Shown in pieces: positions 19,612-31,197 of a stretch of 64,000 nucleotides of DNA. The DNA lies in the NCBI GenBank assembly GCA_016432525.1, contig CP066693.1, positions 721,639 to 785,638 of the forward strand, in the 5' to 3' direction. How positions within the stretch are numbered: position 1 is the first letter of the stretch; each line of letters begins with the position of its first letter. The position numbers and the translations under genes were made by a program. The notes below the pieces were generated by a model. The model ran no database searches and had not been told where the DNA came from. It saw only the letters and a list, made by a program, of their open reading frames with translations. Source of the stretch: Candidatus Woesebacteria bacterium. GTDB lineage: Bacteria; Patescibacteriota; Microgenomatia; UBA8517.

Positions 19612-20799
19612 GTTATAAATTGGAAGGATTATAGCAACAACTAAAAAGGCAACTCCAAGCCCTAAAATAATCATTACAATAGGCTCAACTGCTGAAGTTA
19701 AAGCTTTTACTTTCTGGTCTGACTCAATTTCAAAAACTCTAGAAACCTTTTCTAAAACTTCCTCCATCCTTCCAGTTTCCTCACCAACTGCAATCATTTG
19801 TACAACAAGATAGGGGAATGCATCAGGGTGTTTTGCAAAGGAAAAAGCAACAGGAAATCCTTTTTCAATTTTGACAGAAATATCCTTCAAAGCCTCTGAA
19901 ATTACAAGATTTGATATTGCATCAGCAGTTACATTTAAGCCCTCCAAGATTGGAACTCCAGCTCCAACCATCAAAGAAAGAGTGCGTGTAAGATCGGCCA
20001 AAATTATTTGTTTTTGCAAGTCCCCAATAAGAGGAACTTTAAAAATCATCTCATCAAATTTACGCCTTCCTGTTGTTGTTTTTATATAGTTTTTGATAAC
20101 AGTATATGCAATAGCAATAGCTCCCAAAATTAGGTACCAAAAATGCACAAAAAAACCAGAAACCCAAGTCAAAATTTTTGTAAATATGGGTAGATCAGCA
20201 TTAAATTGTGTATACAAAGTTGTAAGCTGCGGAATAACAAAAATCATCATAATAAAAGTAACAACAATCATTCCAATTACAATAATTGCAGGATAAACCA
20301 TCGCAGCTCGCACTTTAGCATTGAATTCTCTTTGTTTTTCTAAATTATCCGCAAGACGGGAAAGAACCTTATCCAAAACTCCTCCAGTCTCTCCAGCGCG
20401 AATTAAAGAAACATAAGTACGATTAAAAATTCTCGGATGAGCAGATAATGCTTTTGAAAGTGATTCTCCTCCTTCAACATCCGCAAGTATCTGGGTTAAG
20501 ATTGGCTGCAGTGACGGATTTGATTGAAGTCGCAAAATAGACAAAGATTCGGTAATTGGAAGGCCCGCATTAATCATTGTTGCAAGTTGACGAGTTAAAG
20601 CTGAAACATCAGAAAGAGTAACTCTTTGTCTAAATTTCAAAATCGAATTTAGAATTCCTACTCTAACAGGAGTAATTGATACAACAAAAAGACCGCGTCC
20701 ACGAACAAGTTTTGCAGCTTTTGCATCGTCATTCGCTTCGACTTCACCACGAACTTCCTTTCCCGTTTTGTCATGTGCTTTATAAATAAACTTTCGCAT
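19594..20799 (-). CDS. pilC: Type IV pilus platform protein PilC (GspF family)
   Basis: 401 aa with two GspF repeats, polytopic. Confidence 0.9.
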   Translation of the reverse strand: MRKFIYKAHDKTGKEVRGEVEANDDAKAAKLVRGRGLFVVSITPVRVGILNSILKFRQRVTLSDVSALTRQLATMINAGLPITESLSILRLQSNPSLQPILTQILADVEGGESLSKALSAHPRIFNRTYVSLIRAGETGGVLDKVLSRLADNLEKQREFNAKVRAAMVYPAIIVIGMIVVTFIMMIFVIPQLTTLYTQFNADLPIFTKILTWVSGFFVHFWYLILGAIAIAYTVIKNYIKTTTGRRKFDEMIFKVPLIGDLQKQIILADLTRTLSLMVGAGVPILEGLNVTADAISNLVISEALKDISVKIEKGFPVAFSFAKHPDAFPYLVVQMIAVGEETGRMEEVLEKVSRVFEIESDQKVKALTSAVEPIVMIILGLGVAFLVVAIILPIYNLTQSI

Positions 20800-21884
20800 T
20801 AACGTCCCACAAATCTTCTAAGCTCCTCCGGCCTCAAAGACCAGGATTGTGCAGTATCCATATCAACCTTTCCATTACGAACAAGTATTGCCAAAGAGTT
20901 ATCCAGAGTATTCATTCTCTGTTCAGTTGAGGTCTGTATAATTGAATCTATCTGATGTGTTTTTCCTTCACGGACAGCTGTCTTTATAGCAGTGGTCGCA
21001 AGCATTGTTTCATATGCAACGACACGCCCTCCACCAATCGCTGGGATTAGCCTCTGTGAAAATACGGCCTCCAAAACATTAGAAAGCTGCAACTTTATTT
21101 GAGTCTGTTGCTCCTCGGGAAATACATCAACAATACGGTCAATTGATTGTGATGCAGAATTCGTATGAAGTGTTGCAAATACTAAATGTCCAGTTTCTGC
21201 AACAGTTAAAGCTGCAGCAATTGTTTCATAATCTCTCATTTCGCCAACAAGAACTACATCCGGATCTTCACGAAGAACTGAGCGAAGAGCAATGGACCAA
21301 GAATGTGTATCATTATTCATTTCCCTTTGAGATACAAGTGCTTTTTTAGGTTTAAAGATAAATTCGATTGGATCTTCAATTGTAACTATATGAACAGCAC
21401 GATTAACATTTATTTCCTCAAGCATTGAGGCCAGTGTGGTTGATTTTCCATGACCAGTTGGTCCTGTTACCAAAATCAATCCTTGTCTTAAATCAGTAAA
21501 AGAATGAAGTATTTGTGGAAGCCCCAACTCTTCAATACTTGAAATATCCATCGGGATTCTTCTAAATGCAGCCGACAAACTACCTTGCTGAGTATAAGCA
21601 TTAACCCTAAATCTAGCTTGGTCAGAAAAAGAAAGAGAAAAATCTATTTCTTTATTTACATAAAGCCTTTCAAGCTGCTCAGGTGTCAAAATAGATTTCA
21701 GAAGTGCATTAATTTTATCAGGAGTAAGAGCTCCTTCATGGTAAAGTTCAATCAAAGAACCGTCTATTCTTATTGAAGGTGCAACTCCAGAAATCAAATG
21801 CAAATCCGATGATTTTTTATCACAAACAAACTGCAAAAGCTTTCGAATATATGTATTGTTTTCAGTTGTATTAGTTTCAGCCAT
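20799..21884 (-). CDS. pilT: Twitching-motility retraction ATPase PilT
   Basis: 361 aa. Walker A GPTGHGKSTT. PilT-size hexameric secretion ATPase. Confidence 0.85.
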   Translation of the reverse strand: MAETNTTENNTYIRKLLQFVCDKKSSDLHLISGVAPSIRIDGSLIELYHEGALTPDKINALLKSILTPEQLERLYVNKEIDFSLSFSDQARFRVNAYTQQGSLSAAFRRIPMDISSIEELGLPQILHSFTDLRQGLILVTGPTGHGKSTTLASMLEEINVNRAVHIVTIEDPIEFIFKPKKALVSQREMNNDTHSWSIALRSVLREDPDVVLVGEMRDYETIAAALTVAETGHLVFATLHTNSASQSIDRIVDVFPEEQQTQIKLQLSNVLEAVFSQRLIPAIGGGRVVAYETMLATTAIKTAVREGKTHQIDSIIQTSTEQRMNTLDNSLAILVRNGKVDMDTAQSWSLRPEELRRFVGR

Positions 21885-21887
21885 ATT

Positions 21888-23660
21888 TTATTCTTGCGCA
21901 ACTCTAATAACTTCTTCAATGGTCGTAATTCCTTCAACTGCCTTGAGGTATCCATCTTGTTTCATTGTAATCATCCCTTCAGTTCTTGCTTCTTGCTCCA
22001 GTGCAGAAGAAGGAGATCTCTCAAGAATGAGCCTCGCAATTTTTTCAGAAACACTCATCACTTCAAAAATTCCGACGCGTCCTATGTACCCTGAATTATT
22101 ATTATCAGATGTAGGTTTTCCATGATAGAGCTGAATTGGTTTATCGGGCGGAATTAGCGCTCCAAGATTTTTTCTTATGTCATCAATTATTTTCGGGTCC
22201 ACTGTTTCTGGTTCTTTAACTCTTTCATCAATTTTACGAAGAACACGCTGTGCAACAACAGCGGTAATTGAAGAGGCTAACAAAAACGGTTCAGCTCCCA
22301 TATCTAAAAGTCGTGGAAGAGCTCCTGCTGCGTCGTTAGTATGAAGTGTAGAAAAAACCAAATGCCCGGTTAGCGAAGCTTGAATTGCAAGATCTGCAGT
22401 TTCTCGGTCACGAATTTCTCCTACAAGAATTATATTAGGATCCTGTCTCAAAAAAGAACGCAGCCCCGACGCAAAAGTAAGCCCAACCGCAGGATTAATT
22501 TGGACTTGATTAACTCCTAAAATTTTATACTCAATTGGATCCTCCAAAGTCATAATGTTAACTTTAGAAGTATTAAGCCTTGAAATTAAAGAGTACAAAG
22601 TTGTAGTTTTTCCAGATCCAGTAGGTCCACAAATGAGTACAATTCCATGAGGTCTTAAAACTGCATCTTCCAAGTTTTTCAACGCACGGCCACGAAGTCC
22701 CAACTCTTGAAGAGTAGGAATTCCGCCAGTTTTCTTAAGAAGCCTCATGACAACTTTTTCTCCCCACGAAGTAGGAAGAGTAGAAACCCTCAAATCAACC
22801 TCCTCATCCTGCTTCTTGAAATTAAATCTTCCATCTTGTGGAATTCTTTTTTCATCGATTTTCATCCCAGATAAAATTTTTATCCTTGAAACCAAAGAAT
22901 CGTGAAGTGCAATTGGAATGGTCAACTTTTCCTGTAAAATTCCATCAATTCTGTACCTAACTCTTGTTGCTTTCTCTTGAGGCTCAATATGAACATCTGA
23001 AGCACGGGATCTTATTGCAAAATCCAATATATGAGTCACAATTTCGCTAATTTTCTCCTGTCTAATAAGTCCAGTTTGGGACGATACATCAAAAGTATTA
23101 GTTTTATCCCGCTCCGGTGAAGCCTCCCTTAATGCTGCTGTGACTTCTTGAGATAGAGTAGTGGAATATCTAGTTGCCAAAAAATCATCAATTACAGCTG
23201 GGTCACAAGAAAGAGGCTTAACATGAAATCCTGTTCTCTGCTCGATAAATTCAACTGCAGTCAAATCAAGTGGATCAGCCATCGCAACAGAAAGTTCATT
23301 AAGATTACGATCTAAAGAAACTGGAAAAACCCTAAACTTTTTTGCTACCTCTACAGGAAGAGCTGAAAGCGCATCTGGATCAATTGGAGTAATCGTAAGA
23401 TCAATAAACTTAATATTGTAAAAAGAAGCTTTAGCACGAGTTAAAGCTTCTTCACTTACCAAATTTTGCTTTCTTATAATTTCCTCTTGTGATTCTCCTG
23501 TCTGAATCTCAGCAAGCTTAACTTGGTCAACAACTCCCTTTGTCAGCGCTCCCTGCGCAAGTAGTATATCAGCAATAGTACGCGTTCCATCACCAACCTT
23601 AACCGCATTCGTTTGGGCAGCCATATATTCATTATATAGTGATAAAATTACCATATGCAA
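21888..23660 (-). CDS. pilB: Type IV pilus extension ATPase PilB (GspE family)
   Basis: 590 aa. N-terminal GspII_E_N-like domain. Walker A GPTGSGKTTT. Confidence 0.9.
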   Translation of the reverse strand: MHMVILSLYNEYMAAQTNAVKVGDGTRTIADILLAQGALTKGVVDQVKLAEIQTGESQEEIIRKQNLVSEEALTRAKASFYNIKFIDLTITPIDPDALSALPVEVAKKFRVFPVSLDRNLNELSVAMADPLDLTAVEFIEQRTGFHVKPLSCDPAVIDDFLATRYSTTLSQEVTAALREASPERDKTNTFDVSSQTGLIRQEKISEIVTHILDFAIRSRASDVHIEPQEKATRVRYRIDGILQEKLTIPIALHDSLVSRIKILSGMKIDEKRIPQDGRFNFKKQDEEVDLRVSTLPTSWGEKVVMRLLKKTGGIPTLQELGLRGRALKNLEDAVLRPHGIVLICGPTGSGKTTTLYSLISRLNTSKVNIMTLEDPIEYKILGVNQVQINPAVGLTFASGLRSFLRQDPNIILVGEIRDRETADLAIQASLTGHLVFSTLHTNDAAGALPRLLDMGAEPFLLASSITAVVAQRVLRKIDERVKEPETVDPKIIDDIRKNLGALIPPDKPIQLYHGKPTSDNNNSGYIGRVGIFEVMSVSEKIARLILERSPSSALEQEARTEGMITMKQDGYLKAVEGITTIEEVIRVAQE

Positions 23661-24236
23661 TCTTATTTATTGATCGGGGACGATGAAAACCAAAAGGAAA
23701 AATTACTCAAAAAACTGAATCTAAATCCTATCGATTTTGAAATCACAAAAGTAAGCGATATCAGATCTCTTCAGAAATTGACTTCTCTTTCAACCAACAT
23801 AAAAACAGCATTTGTATTAAAAAAATTTGAAAAAGCTAGCATTGAAGCTCAAAACGCTTTCTTAAAATCTCTTGAGGAACCTCCCAAAAACGTTTTCTAT
23901 ATTCTTTTAGCTCAAAAAAAAGACAATATTCTAGACACAATAATTTCAAGATGTGAAGTTTTAGAAATTCCAAATAAAAAGGATTATCAAAAAGACACAG
24001 TCGAAAAATTCACAAAAGCAAATGTAGGTCAAAAATTTTTAATTTTGTCAAAGATAAAAGATAGAAAGGAAGCGGTCTTTTTTCTAAAAAACTTAATCCA
24101 GTTTTATCATTCTCTTTTCACTACAGAGGGAGACAAAAAGTATTTGAAACTAATTAAAAAAGGGGACAAAGTTCTATTTGCAATAGAAAACCAAAATGGT
24201 AATATTAAAATTCATTTGGCTAGCCTCATGGTATAA
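23655..24236 (+). CDS. holB: DNA polymerase III delta-prime-like protein (degenerate, no P-loop)
   Basis: AQNAFLKSLEEPP ... ILDTIISRC matches the delta-prime sensor/SRC region. N-terminus lacks GxxGxGK. Sits upstream of gyrB. Confidence 0.55.
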   Translation: MQSYLLIGDDENQKEKLLKKLNLNPIDFEITKVSDIRSLQKLTSLSTNIKTAFVLKKFEKASIEAQNAFLKSLEEPPKNVFYILLAQKKDNILDTIISRCEVLEIPNKKDYQKDTVEKFTKANVGQKFLILSKIKDRKEAVFFLKNLIQFYHSLFTTEGDKKYLKLIKKGDKVLFAIENQNGNIKIHLASLMV

Positions 24237-24242
24237 TAAGAT

Positions 24243-26183
24243 ATGGCAAAAAACGAATACACAGCATCTGAAATTCAGGTTCTCGAAGGCTTAGAACCAG
24301 TCAGAAAACGCCCTGGAATGTATATCGGGTCAACCGACTCCCGTGGGCTTCATGAATGTCTTAGAGAAATTGTTGATAATTCAGTCGACGAAAGCTTTGC
24401 TGGAACTGCCACAGACGTTTGGGTTCGGATTACAAATGATGGGGGAGCAATAGTTCGCGACAACGGAAGAGGTATTCCAGTTGATATTCATAAAACAGGA
24501 GTTTCAGCACTTGAATTAACCATGACCAAACTTCATGCAGGAGGAAAGTTTGGTGGAGGTGCTTATAAAATCTCCGGAGGTCTTCATGGAGTAGGCGCAT
24601 CAGTTGTTAATGCCCTCTCCTCTTATTTCAGAGTCGTTGTTCTTCGTGATAATCGTGCTTATTTTCAGGAATATTCCGAAGGTAAGCCAAAAGATAAAGT
24701 AAAAGAAGCAACACAAGCTCTATTGGATGATTGGTTTCCAACTGAATGGGGAATAAAAATTGGTGAAAATCAAACAGGAACTCTTACTAAATTTTTAATC
24801 GACAAAAAAATCTTTCATGAAACCACTTTTGATAACAACAAAGTTAAAAACTTATTAAGAGATAGAGCATATTTAGTGGCTGGATTATTTTTCCATTTTA
24901 TAGACGAACGCGACGGCGATGAGGCTAATTTCTATTTCGAAGGAGGAATTAAATCTCTTGTTTCCCATTCAAGCAGAAATAAAAACCCTGTAACTGAAGC
25001 AATTTACTTCAAAAAAGAAAGTGAAAATATAACTTGTGAGGTAGCAATTCAATATACCGACACTTTTACTGAAAATGTCAAAGGTTACGTTAATGGAATT
25101 TACACGACCGACGGGGGAACTCATGTGACTGGTTTTAGAATTGCCCTCACCAAATCAATTGTTGATTATGGAAAGAAAAATGGCTATCTAAAAGACGAAA
25201 AATTTCAATTAACGGGTGAGGATTTAAAAGAAGGCCTGAATGCTGTTATCTATGTCAAAATGCCTTCCGAAACTCTTCAGTTTGAATCTCAAACCAAGGC
25301 AAAATTAAATAATCCCGAAGTTCAAGGTTTTGTTGCCTCATCTGTAAAGGAAGGCTTGGATACTTATTTTGAAGAACACCCCCAAGAGATTAAAAAAATC
25401 TTAGAAAAAGTTTTTCTTGCAGCCAAAGCTCGTCTTGCCGCTCGTGCCGCAAAAGATGCAGTTTTAAGAAAAGGTGCCTTAGAAGGTTTAGGTCTTCCTG
25501 GAAAATTATCAGATTGCCAATCAACAAACCCAGAAGAATGCGAGCTTTATATTGTTGAGGGAGATTCAGCAGGTGGGACTGCCAAAAACGGCCGCGATAG
25601 GCGCTATCAAGCAATCCTTCCACTTTTTGGAAAAGTCCTGAATACAGAAAGAGCACGTCTCGATCAAATTATTAAATCAGATAAATTCAAACATTTCATA
25701 ATTGCCCTGGGAACTGGTATTGCAGAGCAATTTGATATCAAAAAAATGCGCTATGGTCGAATTATTCTGATGTCAGATGCAGATGTTGATGGATCCCACA
25801 TCAGGTGTCTCCACCTAACTTTCCTTTATCGCCACATGCCAGAAATAGTTAAACAAGGCCATGTCTACATTGCCATGCCACCTCTTTATAAAGTCGAAAA
25901 AGGAAAAGACGTTAAATATTTCTATACAGAGGAAGAAAAAGAAGGGTATTTAAAAAATGTCTCAGGAAAAGTAAATGTACAAAGATACAAAGGTTTAGGA
26001 GAAATGAATACACAAGAAATTTGGAATACTACAATGAATCCTCAAACAAGAATCCTCAAAAAAATAACGATAGCTGACGCCGAAGCAGCTGATCGAATGT
26101 TTACCATGCTTATGGGCGATGATGTTTCTCCTCGTCGTCAATTCATTCAAACCCACGCCAAAACAGCTAATTTAGATATTTAA
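24243..26183 (+). CDS. gyrB: DNA gyrase subunit B
   Basis: 646 aa. GHKL ATPase, Toprim EGDSAGG, C-terminal PRRQFIQ. Confidence 0.95.
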   Translation: MAKNEYTASEIQVLEGLEPVRKRPGMYIGSTDSRGLHECLREIVDNSVDESFAGTATDVWVRITNDGGAIVRDNGRGIPVDIHKTGVSALELTMTKLHAGGKFGGGAYKISGGLHGVGASVVNALSSYFRVVVLRDNRAYFQEYSEGKPKDKVKEATQALLDDWFPTEWGIKIGENQTGTLTKFLIDKKIFHETTFDNNKVKNLLRDRAYLVAGLFFHFIDERDGDEANFYFEGGIKSLVSHSSRNKNPVTEAIYFKKESENITCEVAIQYTDTFTENVKGYVNGIYTTDGGTHVTGFRIALTKSIVDYGKKNGYLKDEKFQLTGEDLKEGLNAVIYVKMPSETLQFESQTKAKLNNPEVQGFVASSVKEGLDTYFEEHPQEIKKILEKVFLAAKARLAARAAKDAVLRKGALEGLGLPGKLSDCQSTNPEECELYIVEGDSAGGTAKNGRDRRYQAILPLFGKVLNTERARLDQIIKSDKFKHFIIALGTGIAEQFDIKKMRYGRIILMSDADVDGSHIRCLHLTFLYRHMPEIVKQGHVYIAMPPLYKVEKGKDVKYFYTEEEKEGYLKNVSGKVNVQRYKGLGEMNTQEIWNTTMNPQTRILKKITIADAEAADRMFTMLMGDDVSPRRQFIQTHAKTANLDI

Positions 26184-26243
26184 CAATTTGTTAGGCAAAT
26201 TGGTAATCCTAATTGAAAATTAATTATTTATTTACTATAATCA

Positions 26244-26726
26244 ATGAGTATGGAGTTTAAAGCATTTATCGAAATCCCGGCAGGCGGATCAATTAAATAC
26301 GAAGTGGACGAAGAAACAGGAGATCTTACAGTTGATCGTTTCCTTCACACAGCCTTTGTTTATCCTTTCAATTACGGATATATCAAAGGAACCAAAGGTA
26401 AAGATGGTGACCCAGCAGACGTTTTAGTAATTTGCGCTCAACCAGTAGCCCCAGGTGTTGTTATGAAATGTCACCCAATTGGACTCTTACAAATGGAGGA
26501 TGAAGAGGGGATTGACACAAAAATAATGGCAGTCCCAACTGCAAAAATAGATCCCCAATATGGAGTTTATGAAGATATAAAAGATGTTCCTCAGGCAATT
26601 TTAAATAAAATCAAACATTTCTTTGAAAATTACAAAACTTTAGAGCCAGGTAAATGGGTAAAAGTGAAAGATTTCAAAGGCGCAAAAGTCGCTGAAAAAG
26701 AAATCACTTCTTCACAAACAAAATAG
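26244..26726 (+). CDS. ppa: Inorganic pyrophosphatase (family I)
   Basis: DGDPADVLV and the YPFNYGYI signature. Confidence 0.9.
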   Translation: MSMEFKAFIEIPAGGSIKYEVDEETGDLTVDRFLHTAFVYPFNYGYIKGTKGKDGDPADVLVICAQPVAPGVVMKCHPIGLLQMEDEEGIDTKIMAVPTAKIDPQYGVYEDIKDVPQAILNKIKHFFENYKTLEPGKWVKVKDFKGAKVAEKEITSSQTK

Positions 26727-27894
26727 CATTTGGGAGATCCCGTCCAGGTCCTGCTTTATATCCTCCATACCAAAGTGCAACCGACCCTCCATCATCAAGA
26801 TTTAATGCATTCTCCATTCCCAGTGCCTTCATAACCTGTGCCGATTCAGCAACCGATGCATTAAAAACAGTTCCTATATAAACAGTGTTTCCTTTGTTTG
26901 CAACAAAACTTCTTCCACCCCTAGAAGACTGTTTAGGGTCAGAATCTCCAGTGAATCTTATGTTTCCCCCTTCAACCAAAAGCGGAAAATTCGAAATCAT
27001 ACTGTCAATTCCAGTATCTCGTCCCCATTGCGAAACCGCAGAAACAAAACGAATATATGATCCCCCAAATATAACTCCTGGATTACTACTATAAACATTA
27101 TTGTCAGAATTAAAGTAAGTCTTATTTTTGTTCATCAAAAGAAGATCAAACGAATTTGTTTTACCAGCGCAAGATGGGTAAGTTGAAGGGCAAAAATATG
27201 ACCCGTTCACTCCAGCGTAGGCTCCATTTCTTGAAACATATGTCGAAAGGGGGAGTACAGGACAATTGTTTGTACAGGTTGAGTCAGATGCAGTATCTAC
27301 TATTACTTTTGTGCTTGAAATGTCAGCTGCAATAATGTCAACAAAAAAAGATCCAACTGGCGTTGTTACTTGCTGACCTGAAAATGATCCAGAAGACGGG
27401 GGAGAGTTAGAAGAAGGCGCGTTGGCAGGTGCTGCAGCTGCCAAAAGTTTTTGTTTTTCAGTATCAATATTTGCTGATAGTTGATCCAAATATGAACTTG
27501 ACTGTTGGTAATCACGATTGGAGAGTATCGCCAAAGATTGAGCAAAAAGATCATCAAGTTTTTTGGTATCAGCTTTCAGCGCTCTCAAATCAGTCAATTT
27601 TTCATAGATCTGCGAAGCTTTGTTGTAAGTATTCTGAATATTTGAAATTTCAGTCTGAAGATCATTATTTTTTTTCCTTTGGTCCTCATTTTGAAGAGCA
27701 GTCAATTGCTTTTTCAAAGAATCAATTTCAATTAAAAGTTCTTTGTTTTTCTTTTCAAGATCGGATTTTAATTTAGAAAGATTAATGCTTTGTATTGTCA
27801 CAAAAGCTGTATAAATTACTGCAATAGCACCTAAAATTACAACAAAATTCCGTTTATTAACTTTAACTTTTAGAAGTTTTAAGACATTCTTCAC
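26704..27894 (-). CDS. Membrane-anchored coiled-coil protein with C-terminal phosphodiester-glycosidase-like (DUF2233) domain
   Basis: N-terminal TM, about 130-aa coiled coil, C-terminal NLDDGGS motif. Confidence 0.45.
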   Translation of the reverse strand: MKNVLKLLKVKVNKRNFVVILGAIAVIYTAFVTIQSINLSKLKSDLEKKNKELLIEIDSLKKQLTALQNEDQRKKNNDLQTEISNIQNTYNKASQIYEKLTDLRALKADTKKLDDLFAQSLAILSNRDYQQSSSYLDQLSANIDTEKQKLLAAAAPANAPSSNSPPSSGSFSGQQVTTPVGSFFVDIIAADISSTKVIVDTASDSTCTNNCPVLPLSTYVSRNGAYAGVNGSYFCPSTYPSCAGKTNSFDLLLMNKNKTYFNSDNNVYSSNPGVIFGGSYIRFVSAVSQWGRDTGIDSMISNFPLLVEGGNIRFTGDSDPKQSSRGGRSFVANKGNTVYIGTVFNASVAESAQVMKALGMENALNLDDGGSVALWYGGYKAGPGRDLPNAILFVKK

Positions 27895-27947
27895 CCTTTT
27901 AGTATAATTAAAAAGCTTTTTGTAATCTATCTGCTAAAATATAATTC

Positions 27948-28514
27948 TTGAAATCTGAATTTTTAAATCCTGCCGTTTTTTACGCAGAGCATTTAAAATC
28001 CTCATTAGCTCACAGCGGAGTTCGTGTTGAACTAATAGGCGATGGCATTAGTAGTCCCAAACTTGGTAGAGCGATAGAAATCATAAAGGAAGAAAAATTA
28101 AATGGCCCAGTTTGTTCAATTGTCGATATTGATGGAGTATTAATAAGCCCAATCCATTTTCAAAAAAGAATCGGTTACGAGAGATTAAAGAGACTTAGTG
28201 AAATCATAAGAGAATCTGATCATACAGTTCTTTGGACAAGTAGATTCTCCTTAAAAGATAGTCCAAATTTTCCTTATTTTGGCCCTTCAATCCAAAGCCG
28301 ATTCCAAAAAGTATTTGGAGAAAAATTAGAAATAATAACAAACAAAAAAAGTATTGGAAGAAAAAGAGGTGAAGCTCTTCAAAAAATTTTAGATGAAAAC
28401 CCTCAAATTTCAAAATTCGTCTATATTGGAAGCTCTCCATGGGATGGCGAAGCAGTAAGAGAGTGCAGTGATTCCCGATTAATCTTTCTAACAACCTGCC
28501 ACTTATTTCTCTAA
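27948..28514 (+). CDS. Hypothetical protein (possible HAD-like, DIDGVL)
   Basis: 188-aa ORF between ppa and gyrA. Only a weak HAD motif-I-like DIDGVL. Confidence 0.3.
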   Translation: MKSEFLNPAVFYAEHLKSSLAHSGVRVELIGDGISSPKLGRAIEIIKEEKLNGPVCSIVDIDGVLISPIHFQKRIGYERLKRLSEIIRESDHTVLWTSRFSLKDSPNFPYFGPSIQSRFQKVFGEKLEIITNKKSIGRKRGEALQKILDENPQISKFVYIGSSPWDGEAVRECSDSRLIFLTTCHLFL

Positions 28515-28589
28515 GCCTTGCCTCAAAGCTTTATATAGGCTACAATGGTTTAGGCTTGAAAAGCCTAATTTTTTGTCTAAAAATCAAAC

Positions 28590-31196
28590 ATGGATATAGG
28601 TAAAATTCAACCAGTAGAGCTCACAGAAGAACTTTCAAAATCATATCTAGATTACGCAATGAGCGTAATTGTTGCACGCGCTCTTCCCGACATCCGTGAT
28701 GGCTTAAAGCCAGTCCACCGAAGAATTCTTTACGCTATGCATACAATGGGATTGCAAACTGGTAAAACCACTAAATGTGCCAAAGTTGTTGGTGAAGTTT
28801 TAGGAAAATATCATCCCCACGGAGATACAGCAGTCTATGATGCTTTAGTTCGCCTAGCCCAGGATTTTTCAATGCGTTATCCTTTAGTGGAAGGTCAGGG
28901 AAACTTCGGCTCGGTCGATGGAGATCCTCCAGCTGCTATGCGTTATACAGAGGCCAAACTAGCCTCAATTTCCGAATGGCTTCTAAAAGATATTGATAAA
29001 GAAACAGTAAATTTTATTGATAATTTTGACGCAACTCTTAAAGAACCTGACTTCATGCCAGCTCTTCTTCCAAATCTTCTTTTGATGGGATCAGAAGGAA
29101 TTGCAGTTGGAATGGCCACAAAAATTCCACCCCACAATCTTAAAGAGGTCATTGATGCAATTATTGCCGCAATTCAAAAAGGCCGTCCTTTAGTTGATGG
29201 AGTCACTCAAGAAGAAAAAACAGAGTTTATTGTCAAAAAAATAGAACTGGTTGCATCAGGTGAAAAAAAGGAATTAGAAGAGGTGGATCTTGATCCCAAA
29301 AACTTAAGCTTTGAAACAGATATAACAGTTCCCGAACTTACAAATTATCTTCCAGGTCCAGATTTTCCAACAGGTGGGGCAATTTATGACTCAGGAAGTT
29401 TGGTCTCTCTTTACGAAACAGGCAGAGGCAAAATTTCAGTTAGAGGAATCGCAGAAATAGTCGAAGGAGCCAAGGGAAAATCCCAAATTATAATTACTGA
29501 AATTCCATATCAGGTCAATAAAGCTTTATTAGTCGTCCAAATTGCTGATCTTGTCAAAAACAAAAAAATAGTAGGTGTCTCAGCTCTTCGTGATGAGTCA
29601 GACAAAGATGGAATGCGAGTTGTAGTAGATCTAAAGCGCGACGCCCGTCCCAAAGCAGTCTTGAATAATCTTTATAAATACACGCGCCTCCAAAGCTCTT
29701 TTCCAGCAAATTTTGTAGCTCTAATTGATGGTACTCCACACACAGTCAATTTAAAACAGATTGTTGTTGAATACGTTCGCCACAGACAAAAAGTAATTGT
29801 TAGACGAACTATTTTTGAGCTCACGAATGCCAAAAAACGCGCTCACATTTTGGAAGGCTTGAAAATTGCCCTGGATCATTTAGATGAAGTTATTAAAACT
29901 ATTCGCTCAAGTAGGACTCAGGAAGATGCCAAGAAAGCACTTATCGAAAAATTTGGTCTTTCAGAAATTCAGTCAACCGCAATTTTGGATATGCAGCTTC
30001 GAAGATTGGCAGCTTTGGAACGCGAAAAAATTGAAAAAGAATACGAAGAAATCAAAAAGTTAATCGATCGTTTAACTTTAATTTTGAAAAATCCTCAAAA
30101 AGTTTTGAATATCATAATCGATGAATTAACCGACATCAAAGAGAAATTTGGCGACAAAAGAAAAACAAAAATCTATAAAGCAAAATTAGGAGAAATAAGA
30201 GAGCTAGATCTTGTTCCCAAAGAAGATGTTTTAATAACAGTTACAAAAACTGGCTACATTAAAAGAGTTCCAAAAGGAACTTTCAAGTCCCAAAGACGGG
30301 GAGGAAAAGGCGTTATGGGAATGACTACAAAAGACGACGATGAGATCGAGCATCTTATAACTGCAACAACTCACGACACTCTTTTGTTCTTTACAGACAA
30401 AGGCCGCGTCTTTGGCAACAAAGCTTGGGAGGTCCAAGAAGGGTCCCGTCAAGCAAAAGGTCAGTCTTTAGTCAACTTAATTAACCTTGATCAAGGCGAG
30501 CAAATAAAGTCTATCTTGCCCGTTCACCCAGAAAGTAAAAATCTAATCATGGCAACTCTCAGAGGTACTATCAAAAAAACCAAGACCAAGGAATTTGAAA
30601 ATTTAAGGACAAATGGCCTTATTGCAATTAAGCTAAGCTCAAACGATAGTCTTGTTTCTGTCCATGAGACATCAGGTGAGGATTTTATCCTGATCTTGAC
30701 CAAAAATGGCAAAGCAATCAAATTTCCAGAAGAAAATGCCCGCGCAATGGGAAGAGCTACATCTGGCGTTAGGGGAATTAAGCTCAATTCAAGCGATGAA
30801 GTTATAGAAATGGAAGTTTTTCCAAAAAAGGAGCCCGAAAGAAAAGATAAAAGAAGCAAAATTTTTAGAGACATTATGATTATTACACAAAAAGGTCTTG
30901 GTAAAAGAACTTCAGTTGATCTATTTCCAAATCAGAAAAGGGGAGGCAAAGGTGTAAAGGCAGCTAATTTAAATAGCAAAACAGGCCCTCTTGCTTCAGC
31001 TAAAATGGTTACCCAAAAAGATGATCAAGCAGTTTTAACCAGCAAATACGGTCAGGTCATTCGAATTCCTCTAAGAAATATCCCCGAGCTAGGCCGCGCA
31101 ACCCAGGGAGTCATCCTCATGCGCTTTGCAGATAAGTCAGACGAGGTAGCAGCAGTTACAACTCTAGAAAAAACAGGTGAAGATAAAGAAATTTAA
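28590..31196 (+). CDS. gyrA: DNA gyrase subunit A
   Basis: 868 aa. Active-site AAMRYTEA. C-terminal beta-pinwheel repeats. Confidence 0.95.
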   Translation: MDIGKIQPVELTEELSKSYLDYAMSVIVARALPDIRDGLKPVHRRILYAMHTMGLQTGKTTKCAKVVGEVLGKYHPHGDTAVYDALVRLAQDFSMRYPLVEGQGNFGSVDGDPPAAMRYTEAKLASISEWLLKDIDKETVNFIDNFDATLKEPDFMPALLPNLLLMGSEGIAVGMATKIPPHNLKEVIDAIIAAIQKGRPLVDGVTQEEKTEFIVKKIELVASGEKKELEEVDLDPKNLSFETDITVPELTNYLPGPDFPTGGAIYDSGSLVSLYETGRGKISVRGIAEIVEGAKGKSQIIITEIPYQVNKALLVVQIADLVKNKKIVGVSALRDESDKDGMRVVVDLKRDARPKAVLNNLYKYTRLQSSFPANFVALIDGTPHTVNLKQIVVEYVRHRQKVIVRRTIFELTNAKKRAHILEGLKIALDHLDEVIKTIRSSRTQEDAKKALIEKFGLSEIQSTAILDMQLRRLAALEREKIEKEYEEIKKLIDRLTLILKNPQKVLNIIIDELTDIKEKFGDKRKTKIYKAKLGEIRELDLVPKEDVLITVTKTGYIKRVPKGTFKSQRRGGKGVMGMTTKDDDEIEHLITATTHDTLLFFTDKGRVFGNKAWEVQEGSRQAKGQSLVNLINLDQGEQIKSILPVHPESKNLIMATLRGTIKKTKTKEFENLRTNGLIAIKLSSNDSLVSVHETSGEDFILILTKNGKAIKFPEENARAMGRATSGVRGIKLNSSDEVIEMEVFPKKEPERKDKRSKIFRDIMIITQKGLGKRTSVDLFPNQKRGGKGVKAANLNSKTGPLASAKMVTQKDDQAVLTSKYGQVIRIPLRNIPELGRATQGVILMRFADKSDEVAAVTTLEKTGEDKEI

Positions 31197-31197
31197 A

